From the NCBI RefSeq assembly GCF_006345805.1, contig NC_043015.1, positions 5,952,001 through 6,016,000 on the forward strand: 64,000 bases of DNA, written 5' to 3'. A program made the position numbers and the translations under genes. Each line of letters starts with the position of its first letter. Position 1 is the stretch's first letter. The stretch is from Octopus sinensis (taxonomy: Eukaryota). The notes under the pieces were generated by a model that saw nothing but the letters and a program-made list of their open reading frames with translations, was not told the DNA's origin and did no database searches. Shown here piece by piece: positions 1-14,557 of this stretch.

Positions 1-244
1 GGGTTAACTGAATCGCTAGTGTGTCAGAAGGAGAACACTTTTTGCGATATTTGTTGCGACTATTTGTAGGTTCGCAGTTTAAATCTTATCGATGTCATAT
101 TTGGCTTTCATCATTCCCTGTTGATAAAATACATCACCAGTGATGTACTGAGTGTACGTGGAATGAAAATTACTATGCTGCTTTACCCTAAGTTATCACT
201 CTCGGTATTTTGGTCATCTAGGTTCTTCCTTGCGACCCTTTTTA

Positions 245-655
245 TTTATTTGTTGCCCACAAGGGGCTAAACAAAATGGGGACAAACAAGGACAGACAAA
301 GGGATTAAGTCGAGTATATCGACCCCAGTGTGTAACTGGTACTTAATTCGTCGACCCCGAACTGATGAAAGGCAAAGTCGACCTCGGCGGAATTTGAACT
401 CAGAACATAACGGCAGACGAAATACCTATTTCTTTATTACCCACAAGGGGCTAAACATAGAGGGAACAAACAAGGACAGACATAGGTATTAAGTCGATTA
501 CATCGACCCCAGTGCGTAACTGTTACTTAATTTATCGACCCCGAAAGGATAAAAGGCAAAGTCGACCTCGGCGGAATTTGAACTCAGAACGTAATGGCAG
601 GTGAAATACGGCTAAGCATTTCGTCCGACTTGCTAACGGTTCTGCCAGCTCGCCG
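245..655 (-). mobile_element. tRNA-derived SINE family A (Meta-like central domain), head-to-tail dimer
   Basis: Head AGGCGGCGAGCTGGCAGAA.., box B GAGTTCAAATTCC, core GCCTTTCATCCTTTCGGGGTCGATAAATTAAGTAC present twice. One TSD (cct)tgcgacccttttta at 228-244 and 656-672. Confidence 0.9.
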
Positions 656-3427
656 CCTTGCGACCCTTTTTACCCCTGCTTAACCATCAAATCTCTATTG
701 TTGATTCTCTACGATTCGCATCTTCTAACATCACGTTGGGAAGTTCATCGGCGTGAGTGGCTTCCTCTTTTAAATGCGCGTACAAAAAGTTTTGCTCTTT
801 GATTGGCGTGCATTATTAAGCACCTGAAGAAAGTGAACGCATTTTTTAGTGCTCTCACAAGCTTTCAATTCTATGCGCTGTGAAGGAGTTTAGCTTCAAG
901 AGTGTCTACTTTTTTCATGGATATTATATAAATTATGTGATCCCAGCCATCGTTTTTTCTTTGTCTTTATCTTCCGCTAAATTCTACTTTTGATATTGCT
1001 TGCGCTAGTACTATGCATATATCCTCGCTTCTTTTTTCATTGAGAACTCAGTTTTCAACATGGAGACGTCTTTTAAGGCAGTAATAATGTTTTATAAATT
1101 TACTTTGCATTTTAAGTGATATGCTAGAAATGTAATGTTATTATAATGTACTAAAGAATAAGCAAGCTTCAATATATTTCGTCAAAAATTATTTTTAAAT
1201 ATCATTTGTTCATGCAGAACAAATTTAGTCGCTATGTGAGAAGAAATATTTTAAGGGATACATATAAATAGACATATATTATCAGCGACGGAGAGATTGT
1301 TACAACAGAACTTGCAGATATCGACTCCGAGAAACCAAGTAGAGGGTAAAACACCACTGGTTTACTAAATATTTATAGCGAATATGCATAATTCTCATGA
1401 TATTGACTGATTTAATTACAAACATCATTGTTCTCGAGGGTGTATAGCCATGAATTATATTTATATGCATTGTATTTTTGGTTCATATTTCGCTTGCACC
1501 AGATTTTTGGTTAATAAGTTTCTAGCAATAATCTCTGTCTCATCTCCATTTTAGATAAATAACTGAAAAGTGAGAAATTGCTCTTACGGATATGAACAAC
1601 TTGGGATTCAGTGAAATAAACTCCTTCAACCAAATATCTTACTTACCACTGAATGATATAATAGCTCCCAACAAGCAAGAGTAAACGCTGCCTAACTATG
1701 TAAACAGTGTGATAGATTTCAGTTGCTGAGGACCAACGTGCACTTTCAGTAGAAACGAGATACAATACTGTGATTCTATTTAACCATTTATTTATCCACC
1801 TTGTTAATGATGGAAAGATACAAAATAATTCTTACAGAATGCAACGTATAGCTTATATTATTTTCGTGAAATATATTTCTTGGTACAAATTTATAACTGT
1901 TATTAATAATGGTGTCTTTCGGAAATATATTTAGTTTTATGGCAATAATATATAGTTTTGACGGTTAAAATTTTCATGGATGGATAATAAATTCTGCATT
2001 AATTTCAAGGCAGTAACTTTAGTTTATTGATAGTAAAATAGGATTGAATCCTTTTATTATTTCCCATGATGCACTTGAAACATAGTAAATATAATCTTTT
2101 TTCTTTTAACGATAAAATATTTTTACAAATATTAAGTGGAAGTCTAATGCATATTTCGTCAACAAATAGAATTTGCTGGAGCGTGAATGCTAAACAACAT
2201 TTAAATTTATGAAGATTATATATTTATGAAGATTTGCTGTGACAAAATATGTCTAAAATACATCAAGCGTAGTACGTGTAAAAGGAATATCCAATTGCAA
2301 TATAGCTGATAGAATTGTGGGAGTTCCAGCACATACAGGCCGACAGCTATTAATATAGGAATTATTGATATCGGGAGATGACAGTAACCAAACATACTAT
2401 ACATAAGATTCGGAATGTTCGCCTCAAATGTAATTATGGACGTCAGTATGTAAATATTGATGTTAGAAAGACAGAAATATTTATATATAGTTTACCACAT
2501 TCTATTATAGAACTGAAATATTTCAATGTCGAACGCACAGATGTAATATATATTCTAAGAAACAGTTGGGGCTGGAAGATACTCCCTCCAGTGTAATACC
2601 AAACGGCAGATCGGTACTTGATATACTTCCAGATCAGTGACAGGTCTTCCATGAGATTGATAACTTAAATAATGGATAAACTAGTTACTGTTTTAAATAC
2701 GCCATTGCTTTGGCATTATTATGAGGATAGAACACAAATAGGTCAAGGTTAACTACAGCCGTTTCAAACACATTTTTTATTGATGAAGACATGAAAAAAC
2801 ATTCTTCTGGTGAATGAAATTTTAAAATTTGTTTCAGCGGAAAAAATACAAAGATTCTGGAATGTGGATTATGGGTCATAAGACAATCAACAAATAATTA
2901 TTTAAATGGATGGTATTGTCTGTTGATTATTTATGCTCCTGGGGCCAAATCTCGATATGTTTTCACATTTTTCAATGGTGACGAAATAAGAGGATCAATC
3001 AACATTCGAAATCTTGTAATTTTTTCTTCGAACCAAATTTTTTAATTTTATTCCTTTCTTCATGATACAACCAAATTATTCATAAAAAAAACTAGGTGTA
3101 AACAGCTGCAGGGAACCTTAAATTTCTTCAAACTTTCCTTACAGAAACGTTATATGTCGAACCTCCCCATATGTTGGATCTGCAATTACACTGGATCGTT
3201 AAACTGCATGCTGGCGTGTATGGCCATATTATTTCATGTATGTCTTTATTCATATGTATGTGTTAACTGATGTGTTCATGTACATATATAAATAAGTATA
3301 TCAGTATATCAATTTCTGCATGGATATATACGGGCATGTTTGTATACGGTATAAACACGGATGTATGGCTCTCGACCATCGCTTGGGTAATGTTAAAGTA
3401 ACTTTATTTAAATGAATCCTACAAAAG

Positions 3428-3560
<133 letters not shown>

Positions 3561-3904
3561 TATATATATGTACGTATACATACACATATATATATTTATA
3601 TAAAAATATATATATATCTGAATAAATATATGTATATATATATATATATGTATAAACATATATTTATATATATATATGTATAAATGTGTTTATTTATATG
3701 TATGTAAATATTAAGGTATGTATGCGTGTATATATATATATATATACATGTTTGTGTGTTTGTGTGTGTATGTGTGTATATGTATGTAGTTAAATATAAA
3801 TGTATGCATGCATATATGTATATATGTACTTATGTATGCATGTCTATATGTATATAACGAATAGTTATATGTTTGTATACATATGCATATATATGTACAT
3901 ATAA

Positions 3905-3964
<60 letters not shown>

Positions 3965-5139
3965 ACATGTATGTGTATATATATAAGTATATATTTACAC
4001 GCGTATAATTATATACACACGTATATATATTCACGCGTATACATGAATTTACAGTGTATACCTATATACATATAGTCTGATGTATGGATGTATATCTATA
4101 TATATATTTAAATGCCAATGTATTTTCGCACGTCTGTGGTTGGGTTTTAGTAAATGCATATTGAATGAACGTTTTTTACAGAGAAAATGTAAAAAAAAAA
4201 ATTATGTATATATGAGAAAACATTTTATAAAGATTTTGAATTTTTCCTCCCTTTCAGGCAGAAACTAATAATATAGTCTCATCTTAAAATGGTCGACTAT
4301 ATATGCTCATTCATATTTATCTCATTCATGTTCATCACACTCGTGACGAAATATATATCAATATTAACTGATTGTGCTAGGTAAACATCCGGGAGGTAAA
4401 TGAAAACTCTAAATCTAATATCGAACTGAAGCATTTTCTTTTTTTCCTTTTGTGTATGCGAATTTATGGTACGCTTGTATATTTTTGCATGTGTGCTTGT
4501 GCGTACGTATGAGTACGTGTGTCACTGCTTGTTCATATGTTTAGTAATTCGAGCCTCGGCTATGATATATCCTGCCATTATTAAATTACATATGACGTGG
4601 AGAACAATGCATTAACTACATCAACTAAACACACAGAATGAAGAGTTATATGAAATGTTGTATCACATATCTGTAAGTGGATGGAAATCCTGTGCGATTT
4701 AATTCTGTCTCTGACTTAAGGCCATACAAAGTCATAAAGCAAATCTTATCAAGAAATACACAGTGCACTTTGAACTATTTCAAGTAATTTGAATGGAATT
4801 AGGCAGTATAAGGTATTAATTTTTATTTTCTGGGCTGATATTTATCTGTGAACATGGAACCACTCAACATAAATTAAATTTAATTCCCCTAAGCATACAT
4901 ATTCAAACTCTCACACACAGCTGTTATATACATTCATGCACACGTATATTCCTATGTTCATATACGCTTATATTTGTACATACATATATGGAGAGACATA
5001 TGGCACTCAGATAAATACACACACATATAATCTTCGCTCATAAATCAGAAGCGAACTTACTCTTACAAAGTAGGCACACAAAGATGTATGCACGGCTTTT
5101 ATATTTACTATATAATCGTGACAGTATGGATATGAAGAA

Positions 5140-5220
5140 ATATATATGATATAATATAATATAATATAATATAATATAATAAATATAATAAAATATAATA
5201 TAATATAATATAATATAATG
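5140..5220. repeat. (TATAA)n pentanucleotide repeat
   Basis: Seen directly. Confidence 0.92.
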
Positions 5221-6404
5221 TATGTATGTATGTACACATACATAGGGAATTTAATATGGCAATCTATAAGACTTGATATAGAAATTGATGCAAAAAATTA
5301 ATATTTACTTGAAGAAATGTGTTAATATTCACTTAGTATAGCAATATAGTGCAACACATTCAAATATTTTTTTATAAGTGTGTCAAAAGGAGGAGCAACA
5401 CCCAGAGCATTTGCAAGCTCTTCGGTGCATTATGTGGATTAATAAATTATTTTCAAAAATGTATATATGTGTACGTATTTTCCAGGTATTAGTGGATTCC
5501 TACGATAGCTTCGCTCGTTATACCTCCCTTATCAGCATCTCTGAGGATATTAGCTGACGAAAATAAACTTTGGTAACATGCGAACTTTAAAGAATGCTGT
5601 TAGACCGAAACAGAAGATTGAAATTAATGCCTTGCAGCAATTGTTAACTGGTTATACGTTCTGATTTTAAATCCCACCTGGATTGAGCTGGCATTTCGAT
5701 TATACTTGTCGATAATATAGATCTCTAATACTACTATCCAATGCCACACATGTTACTAGAAGGCATAATCGATTGCATCAACCATCATACCTGACTAGTA
5801 AGTATTTTATTGCTGCTGTAGCGATCAAAGGCAAAGCCGTCCCGCGGTGGGATTTGAATTTACAAGATAAAAGGAAATAACTTATTACTGTGAAGTATTT
5901 TGTGTCTGTCTTTGACTCTGCTATCCATCACTGTACTATCGTTGATAATGGTTTCTAATAGAGCCACAAGGCCTCAAGTTTGTGGGATGTGATTAGTTTA
6001 TGATATTTTCCTTTCAGTAGAAACCTCTACATATTTGAACAACAACTGATGAAAGATTGGCATAACTGTTAGAGCGTCGAGCAAGATACCCTGAGGGGAT
6101 ATTACTATGATACTATAATTGCTTTTCTGATTTCGAATCACGTATTTATCATTGTTATGGGTCATATACAGACTGGCTAAAGTATCATGTACAAATAAAA
6201 GAAGTTTATTTAATATAAACTGAAATTATTTCATATTTAGTCAGACTAAAATTATAAAAGTAATTAAATTTTATGATCCGTTCATTTAACTAAAATAATA
6301 TTATTTAAGCTTCTGCGCTACCTCTCCCACATTCTTACAAACGCGCGCACATAAATACTGTGTGAGAAATTACATGAAACAAGAACCGTTATAAATATGT
6401 GTCA

Positions 6405-6446
6405 TATACATATATATATGTATATACATATATATATATATATATA

Positions 6447-6483
<37 letters not shown>

Positions 6484-6534
6484 ATATATACATATATATA
6501 TATATATATCTATATATATATATATATAATATAT

Positions 6535-6622
<88 letters not shown>

Positions 6623-6628
6623 TATATA

Positions 6629-6700
<72 letters not shown>

Positions 6701-6701
6701 G

Positions 6702-6764
<63 letters not shown>

Positions 6765-6770
6765 ATATAT
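6405..6770. repeat. Long interrupted (TA)n microsatellite
   Basis: Seen directly. Similar tracts at about 3430-3530, 8090-8500, 11335-11410, 11700-11905, 21293-21340, 24505-24800, 25145-25380, 25570-25655 and 47870-48170. Confidence 0.97.
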
Positions 6771-8051
6771 AGGCGAATCATATTTATAAGGAAGAGGCAC
6801 AATTTGAACATTATTCTCTCGCTAAATTATAGATTCATATTTTTGGTAACTGGAAATCAGCCCGTAACTGAAAATCTGCGGTGAACGAAATATTTCTTCA
6901 AGAAAAATACTTCAAGACATCTGTTTTGACACTTAGAATAAATAATTTTGATTTCAGTGAATGTTAACTTACACTAACCGTTGTCCATATTAAGCGTGAA
7001 CGGCCTGAAGTCTCGCTGACCACCTCTATTCATCAACAAGCCTTTAAGAATATAAATGTCTACGTGAGAACTGGCTGGAGAAATCTATTACTTGCAAACA
7101 ACCGTTCAAGAGATTTGACTGAGTCATGAATTGAACTCGGAACTTCAACAACTGTAACAAATAGCCGCAAATCATTTCCCCCGACTCTCCAAAGTTTCGC
7201 TCCAACATTTCGCTCTATAAGTGCTATCGAGGATTAGACATTGCTAATTTCGGAAACAAAAATAACGTATTATCATACCACTGGATAATAAGAATGAAAT
7301 AAATATGAATTGGAAAATGAGCCATGGCAATATCGAGAAAAAATCTTCAATCTTTTGAAGAATAACTATTTATATATATAAAAAAGAACATTGTTAATTT
7401 ATTCTTCGAATTTCCAGCAGCATCGCATCATCGCTAAAGCTATAGTATTATTCAATATCAGTATCAATACCAGATTGTTTAAGATTGCTTGTCTGCTTTT
7501 TTGTCGATGCCATATTTGTTAGAAAAGAATTCAGCCTGCAGAGGCACAACGTTATAATTAAAAGTTAAAGTTAAAATCATAATACTTAAAAGTTTTAAAA
7601 GTTAAAGTAAGCCAAGAGGCATATAGGACTCAAAAACACTTCACATGAAATATTATGGAAAATAAACTGCACTTCCTGGTTCTCTTTATTCATTACGCAC
7701 AAGATGCTCATAAGACACTTCGTGATTAGAAGAAGTTATAGAATTGCTATCTCATATGAGAAAACTCTTCTGAATATTTGTAACGGAGTTTATCCGTTAC
7801 AAAAATTCAGTTTCTAAGTGATCGGGATAAATCTGACGAGTGAGTGAATCCCAAGTTACAATCACAATTAACACCAGAGCGCATGCGAATAGATGCTACA
7901 AAGTACCCACTAGAATAATATTTTAAAAATTGCATGTGAATTTATTAAATATCAAATATTAAAATAATGATTACTATATTGCTTAGAACTAAAATTTTAA
8001 ACATCAATCTATCTATCTATCTATCTAGCTATCTATCTATCTATCTCGCAA

Positions 8052-8089
<38 letters not shown>

Positions 8090-8196
8090 ATGTATATATA
8101 TATATATATATATATGTACACACACTCATATATATATGTACATATATATATATGTACATATATATATTATATATATATATATATACATATATATGT

Positions 8197-8234
<38 letters not shown>

Positions 8235-8240
8235 TATATT

Positions 8241-8278
<38 letters not shown>

Positions 8279-8341
8279 TATGTACATATATATATATAAA
8301 TATTTATGTACATATATATATATATTATGTACATATATATT

Positions 8342-8385
<44 letters not shown>

Positions 8386-8442
8386 ATACACATATATATA
8401 TATATATACACATATATATACATATAAATATTTATGTACATA

Positions 8443-8484
<42 letters not shown>

Positions 8485-8492
8485 GTATATAT

Positions 8493-8532
<40 letters not shown>

Positions 8533-9474
8533 CGTTTCGAACAGAGGTATGATAACCAGTCTCAATATACTTGCGCATTAGACTAAAGCTTTAGGAGAGT
8601 ACGGATTGCAAATTCAGGGAATGACAAAGAAAAAAAAACAGGAGTTACATAATCACTTTGATTGGTTTACATCTCTATCTGCTCTATGATGTATGCAGTT
8701 AGGGTAGGGAGCTTGTGCCACATACTTCTGCTTACTCGGACAAGCATCCAGTTCTAAGTGTACTGCTTCATTTATATAGCAGAATCATTTGTTAGGTGGT
8801 AAAGATTGCGTATCTCTTGCTCATTAATCATTGGTTAATTGATATATATATATATAGGTGTATATATTCATTCATCCATACATACACAGACACACACAGA
8901 AGCAACAATAGATACATACAAACGCACAAGCACACTCAGATATACATTGTTAGTATTATGGTAGTGAGAATCTATATGGGAAATCCTACTCGTTATTTTC
9001 TTGAACTGGACGTTGAGGTCAAGCTAACACAAATATATGGTTACTATCCCATCCTAAATAGAATAGACACCAGGCATTGCAATTACTTTGTAATTTTCCA
9101 AACCTTATTCTTAAGTTGGAATCTAATATCAGAAGCATTAAGGTGATTAATGCACTGAATTAGAAGTAGGCTGTCGGTAATCTTCTAAATTTCGTTAATC
9201 TTTATAATTTCAGTTTCTGATTCAAGCAATCACTCAGCTCTTACGTTGATAATAGCCATTAGAAGTTTATAAAATTCCGAACGTATCCCACCCATTATTA
9301 ATTAGCATTGGCCATTGCGATCGTTTAAAACAATACTTCATCCGCTGCAAAGCAGAGATAACCTACTCGCTGGGCAGATTATAACCACTGGTTTACTTTC
9401 CTGTACATGGCTTTTACATTTAAAACCGTTTAAAAATCCCATACCCTGTAACCTCTCAGTATTATTAATGTACT

Positions 9475-9881
9475 AAGGCGGCGAGCTGACAGAAACGTTA
9501 GCGCACCGGGCGAAATGCTTAGCGACTGTTCTTCTACCGTTACGTTCTGAGTTCAAATTCCTTCGAGGTCGACTTTGTCTTTCATCCTTTCGGAGTCGAT
9601 AAATTAAGTACCAGTTACGCACTAGCATATGTTTAGCTCTTTGTGGGAAATATAGCAATAAGAAACGTTAGCACGCCGGGCGAAAGACCTAGCGATATTT
9701 CGTCTGTCTTTACTTTCTGAGTTCAAATTCCGACTTTGCTTTTCATCCTTTAGGGGTCGACAAATTAAGTACCAGTTACGTACTGGAGTCGACAAATTAA
9801 GTACCAGTTGCGTACTGGGGTCGATCTAATCGACTGGCCTTCTACCAAAGAATTTCAGGCCTTGTGCCTAGAGTAGAATAG
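9475..9881 (+). mobile_element. SINE family A heterodimer (two different 3' tails)
   Basis: Two heads and cores; 17-bp TSD agtattattaatgtact at 9458-9474 and 9882-9898; internal duplication of about 32 bp near 9757-9820. Confidence 0.9.
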
Positions 9882-10759
9882 AGTATTATTAATGTACTTA
9901 GAAAGGCTTACTGTATCGGAAGAAATAAGTTAAAGCATTTTTTCTTACTTAACGTTTAGTGTTCAAATATTGCCGGAGTCTATTTTACTTTCTATACTCT
10001 CGGGGTCGATAAAATAAGTAGAAGCTAAACACTGAGATCGATCTAACCGATTTATTTCCTCTCATGAAATTACTAGTATTGTGCCGAAAATTTCAACCAT
10101 TATTAATAGATTTAGAGAGTTTAATTGGGTTAGACTCTACACCCATTGTGATATGTCTGTGTGACTAACAATGATAAACATTTTCTTTCTATCAATACTA
10201 AATCTGTTTTGTTTTTAATTATGCCTATATAATCAACAGTTCGCAACATATATATTCGTGTCTATGTTTCTGTCTATGTATATATTTCACTTAGACAATG
10301 ACTAATAATCTTATGTAGAACCCAATATATATGTACTTCTGTAGGAAGTGTTTGTTGAGTACGAGGCTCCGATGAAGCCATAAGGTATTGCACAGGCACT
10401 GAAATATGAGTCCACTGCATCTTATAGCAGAAATAGTTGAGGAGATATTTTGACGTGAGCAACAGATAGCTTGGAATTATTTCATCAAACAATATGTGAT
10501 AATAACGCAACATTCTTTAGGTAATATTTTACTTGGGTAGTTTCCCTATCACAAAATAACCATAACTTAATTCTATAGATTTATGCTATCATTCACTGGT
10601 ATTTATAAAGGTTTTTGACTATGAAGTAATAAGGTTACCTTTTTTGTATAAGAACTTTAAACTAAGTTGAATATACTTAACATTTACAAAAAAGATTCAA
10701 CTACTTTCTAGGAAAAACTCAAGTACTTTATGAATCACAATATTAATAATTATTTTAAA

Positions 10760-10965
10760 TTTTGGCAAAGAAACAGCAGGTTTTGAGCGAAAGGGAAGTC
10801 GATTATATCGACTCCAGTACTTAACATGTATTTATATTATTGACGCCGAAAGAATAAAAGGCAACGTTCTCCTAGGAGGAATATGAACCCAAAACATAAA
10901 GACGGACTACATGCTGGTAAGCATTTTGACTGGAATGCCAACGTTTCTTCCAGCTCGCCATGTTA
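10760..10965 (-). mobile_element. Old SINE family A copy
   Basis: Diverged head (..ttccagctcgcc) and core. Confidence 0.7.
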
Positions 10966-11409
10966 ATCACAGCAATACTAATTCTGCTTTTTTAAAAATC
11001 TCGATCAAGCTAAATACATGCAGTTAATTTATACGAAATTTACGCTTAATTATCTGGTAGCTAAATACTATGAAGTTTAATTATAATATACTAGCGGACC
11101 ACCTGCCGTCAATAATGCCGACTGATTGTAGTATTCTATATAATTACGCATAAAAACATTCACTTACTTCCCTTGTACACGCACACACATGCACACATAT
11201 ACTCACATAGAGTTGAAACGCTGATTTTTCTCACACTGTCTCCCTCAGTCGGGGATGTTACTCTCACTACTTCTCCTTCACTGAATTGTAAATTTACTCT
11301 CCTCCTCCACGTCCGGAGTAATTCGTGACAAATATATATATGTATATATATATATATATATATAGATATATATATATATAATATATATATATATATATAA
11401 TATATATAT

Positions 11410-11528
11410 ATACAAAATAAGAAAACGGAGAAACACATCTTAATCAATAATCAACTACCAGATAATACCCAATTATCTGTTAGTTGATCATTGATTAAGA
11501 TGTGTTTCTCCATTTTCTTATTTTGTAT
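11410..11528. other. Near-perfect inverted repeat: 57-bp arms, 5-nt loop
   Basis: 11410-11466 pairs with 11472-11528 with 3 mismatches. Confidence 0.92.
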
Positions 11529-11696
11529 TATTAATTTGTGGTAAAACATTTTACCTCTGCCCATATAATACAGTAAATGAATTAACTGCATCGCAGTCTT
11601 AACATTTATGTATTAACTCTGTTGGGTGCTTCACTAGCAGTATATTAGTTATATGTTATCCCATGGAGGGTTGCACTTACAACCCCTATCTCAATT

Positions 11697-11762
<66 letters not shown>

Positions 11763-11829
11763 GAAATAAAACATATTCATAATGAATGTATTTGAAATGA
11801 TTATCTACTAATATCTTAATGACTGTAGT

Positions 11830-11905
<76 letters not shown>

Positions 11906-12099
11906 CCCTACGCTCATTAGCATATTGGGAGATAATAATTTCAAATATATGCATAATGAATATGCTTTATTTCATTTTATTTAAATTAAGTAAAAAAAAT
12001 GCCTGACAATATTGTTTTATATAGCTACCTTTAAATTTGAAGGAGTAAAATTCAGACATTGTAACGTAATATTTCATAACAGAACTAATGTTATTAAAT

Positions 12100-12935
12100 G
12101 TACCAGGGAAGTCAAAAAATATCAGCACCTTCGACAAAACCTTCTTCAGGCTGACCACACTGCTTTCAGCGCTCGCGTACTAACATGTGATACTCTTGTG
12201 GTGATGTAACCGAGATTTGATTTTTATCGTTCCAGTAATCCCAATTGTGCTACATAATAAATACGGCATCTTGGCTGGCAACGCTTACTAGGCCGCTACA
12301 GCGTTAGAGGCCATGCTCTTTTGGAGATAATAGTCACAGGAGATGAAACCTAGGTCCTTCATTTTGAGCCAGAATTCAAAAGGCAGGGTATGAAGGAAAC
12401 ATCCGGAATCGCCAGTGTAAATTAAATCCAAGACTTAACTTTCCGCAGAGAAAGTGATGTTAACTGTCCGTTAGTGGAACATTATCTGCAAAAGGGGGTT
12501 CAGTGTAGGCTACAGTGAGAAACTGGTAAGCAAACAGAATCCAGCGATTCCCGCCAAACACCGAGGTCTGTTGTGAAATTAAGCGGTATTTTTGCACGGC
12601 AGTGCACGCCCACATAACACCGACCACACCGTTGAAAGCATTGAAAAACTGGGTTTCAAGATTCTGGTAACTTCTGCATAAACCCTAGATTTTGCCCCTT
12701 TCGACTATCACCTCTCCGAACCGCTCGTTTTGCATTGAAAAAAGATGCATGAAGCGGTACATGAAAGGCTGCGCGATCAGCATTATTCGATAGAATAAGC
12801 AAGCTTGTGAACTGCTGGAAAAAAGCATCGAAAAGCAAGGAGATTATGTCGGAAGATTATGTAATTGTTCAACTCTAACATTTGTTTAAATAAATTACAG
12901 GAACAAGACTGCGTATAAATCTTGACGTTATCTAC
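12100..12935 (+). pseudogene. Decayed mariner transposase relic
   Basis: IVTGDET*VLHFEPEFKRQGM, KHPESPV..KSKT*LSAEKVMLTV, LHGSARPHNTDHTVESIEKLGFKIL..DFAPFDYHL. All three DDD motif regions are recognisable, with many stops and indels; termini are degenerate. Confidence 0.85.
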
Positions 12936-13394
12936 TCAAAAATCAACTGACAAACGGTATTGTTTCTAGCTTGATAAATGGCGGAATAGTTTATTATTTT
13001 GACCAGGAAATCCTGGATAGTTGTATTTACAAGATTAGTGGTTTTTTAATTTAAAATTATCTTCATGCTGCTCGAGTGCTTTTATACTTGTTGAAGCCTT
13101 ACTACACACATAAACACACACACACACACACACACTGTAAGAATTCTTGACTATTGACGCGTTACTGAAACATTTTCATATTATCTATATACTTATTGAA
13201 ACTCAGTATTCGCCTCTAAAGCAGAGAAAACAATTGCACTAGGTAGTTTTATTAACCTTAAAGCAAGAGAAATGTGTTTTTTTCTTTCTCATAAGCTGTT
13301 AAAATAAGAAACTATTAGTCTCCCAACATCGATGAACACAACCTCACAAATTTGACATCTACTTACTTTTATTAATAATGTCACGTCATCATTA

Positions 13395-13692
13395 ACCCTT
13401 TTCAGCATCTTTATTTCTACTCTAGGGAACCGCTAAGTTACGGGACGTAAACACACCAGCATCGGTTGTCAAGCGATGTTGTGGGGACAAACACAGATAC
13501 ACAAGCATATACACACACATACATATGTATACATATAAACAACGGGCTTCTTTCAGTTTCGGTCTACCAAATCCACTCACAAGGCTTCGGCCCGAGGCTC
13601 TAGTAGGAAACACTTGCTCAAGGTGCCACGCAGTGGGACTGAACCCAGAACCATGTGGTTGGTAAGCAAGCTACATACCACACAGCCACTCT
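13395..13692 (-). mobile_element. SINE family B (CORE-like domain), full length
   Basis: Head GAGTGGCTGTGTGG..GGGTTCAGTCCC; CORE-like GGCACCTTGAGCAAGTG; internal (TA/TG)n; 3' CGCTTGACAACCG..AACTTAGCGGTTC. Confidence 0.85.
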
Positions 13693-13719
13693 TACGTATA
13701 CATATATACATGTATATAT

Positions 13720-13952
13720 TTCTTTACTACCCACAACGGGCTAAACATAGAGGGGACAAACAAGGACAGACAAAGGGATTAAGTCGATTACATCGACCCC
13801 AGTGCGTAACTGGTACTTAATTTATCGACCCCGAAAGGATGAAAGGCAAAGTCGACCTCGGCGGAATTTGAACTCGGAACGTAACGACAGACGAAATACT
13901 GCTACGAATTTCGCCCGGCTCGCTAACGTTTCTACAAACTCGCCGCCCTTGT
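13720..13952 (-). mobile_element. SINE family A, full-length monomer
   Basis: 18-bp TSD atatatacatgtatatat at 13702-13719 and 13953-13970. Confidence 0.92.
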
Positions 13953-14514
13953 ATATATACATGTATATATACAAACATACAAATAAAATATATGTGTGCG
14001 TGTATATTTAAGATTGTGTCTTTACCTTATGATAATACTTCTCAGTTAATACGTACGCATATATATTTTTCAATGGTGTTTTGTTGTAAATAATATTTCA
14101 ACGTACATATTTCTCCGGTAGTGTGTCTCTCTCTATCACTGCTATTATTTTCTCTCCCTTTCTCTGTTTCTATTTCTCTTTATCCAACCCTCACCTCGCA
14201 TAGGCCGCCCTGCTTTCGACTCTTTCTCCCCAGCATAATTTACCTCTAGATTAAAACACCCTTGTGCAAGGGATTATAATCTAGAAGTAAATACACTTCC
14301 TCGCTTGCATATCTCTACATGCGCACTTCCCCAAAATGCTTTAGACACATACTTATGCTTATCTCAGTACACTGATACCTATATTTATACACAAACGCTG
14401 TGCCTCCTTCCTTCTTAACTTCCCAGAGAACAGCATTCCTATATGGATCTTATAAGCCTTGCTACTGTATATTTCCTTCCAATAACATCTTCACAGTCAG
14501 TCTCTTCTGTTTCC

Positions 14515-14557
14515 ATATTTTGTGATGAAGGACTCGAGTACGAAACGTCAAAAGTAT
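14515..14557 (+). ncRNA. Decayed minimal type-I hammerhead ribozyme motif
   Basis: Stem I ATATTTT/AAAA(G)TAT; core GTGATGA (C3 to G); near-palindromic stem II GGACTCGAGTAC; GAAA; palindromic ACGT; predicted cleavage after GTC (14549). Confidence 0.7.

Noticed and set aside
2216-2652. Overlapping minus-strand ORFs with faint GPCR TM3/TM4-like wording (SIFT..LTSIITFE, LELPQFYQ)
   Set aside because: The resemblance needs several assumed frameshifts and has no DRY/NPxxY anchor. A profile-HMM search of all frames would decide.
13802-14011. Recurring MRNWYLIYRPRKDERQSRPRRNLNSER ORFs (also 9473, 18506, 34728, 38455)
   Set aside because: These are the antisense reading of SINE family A, not a gene family.
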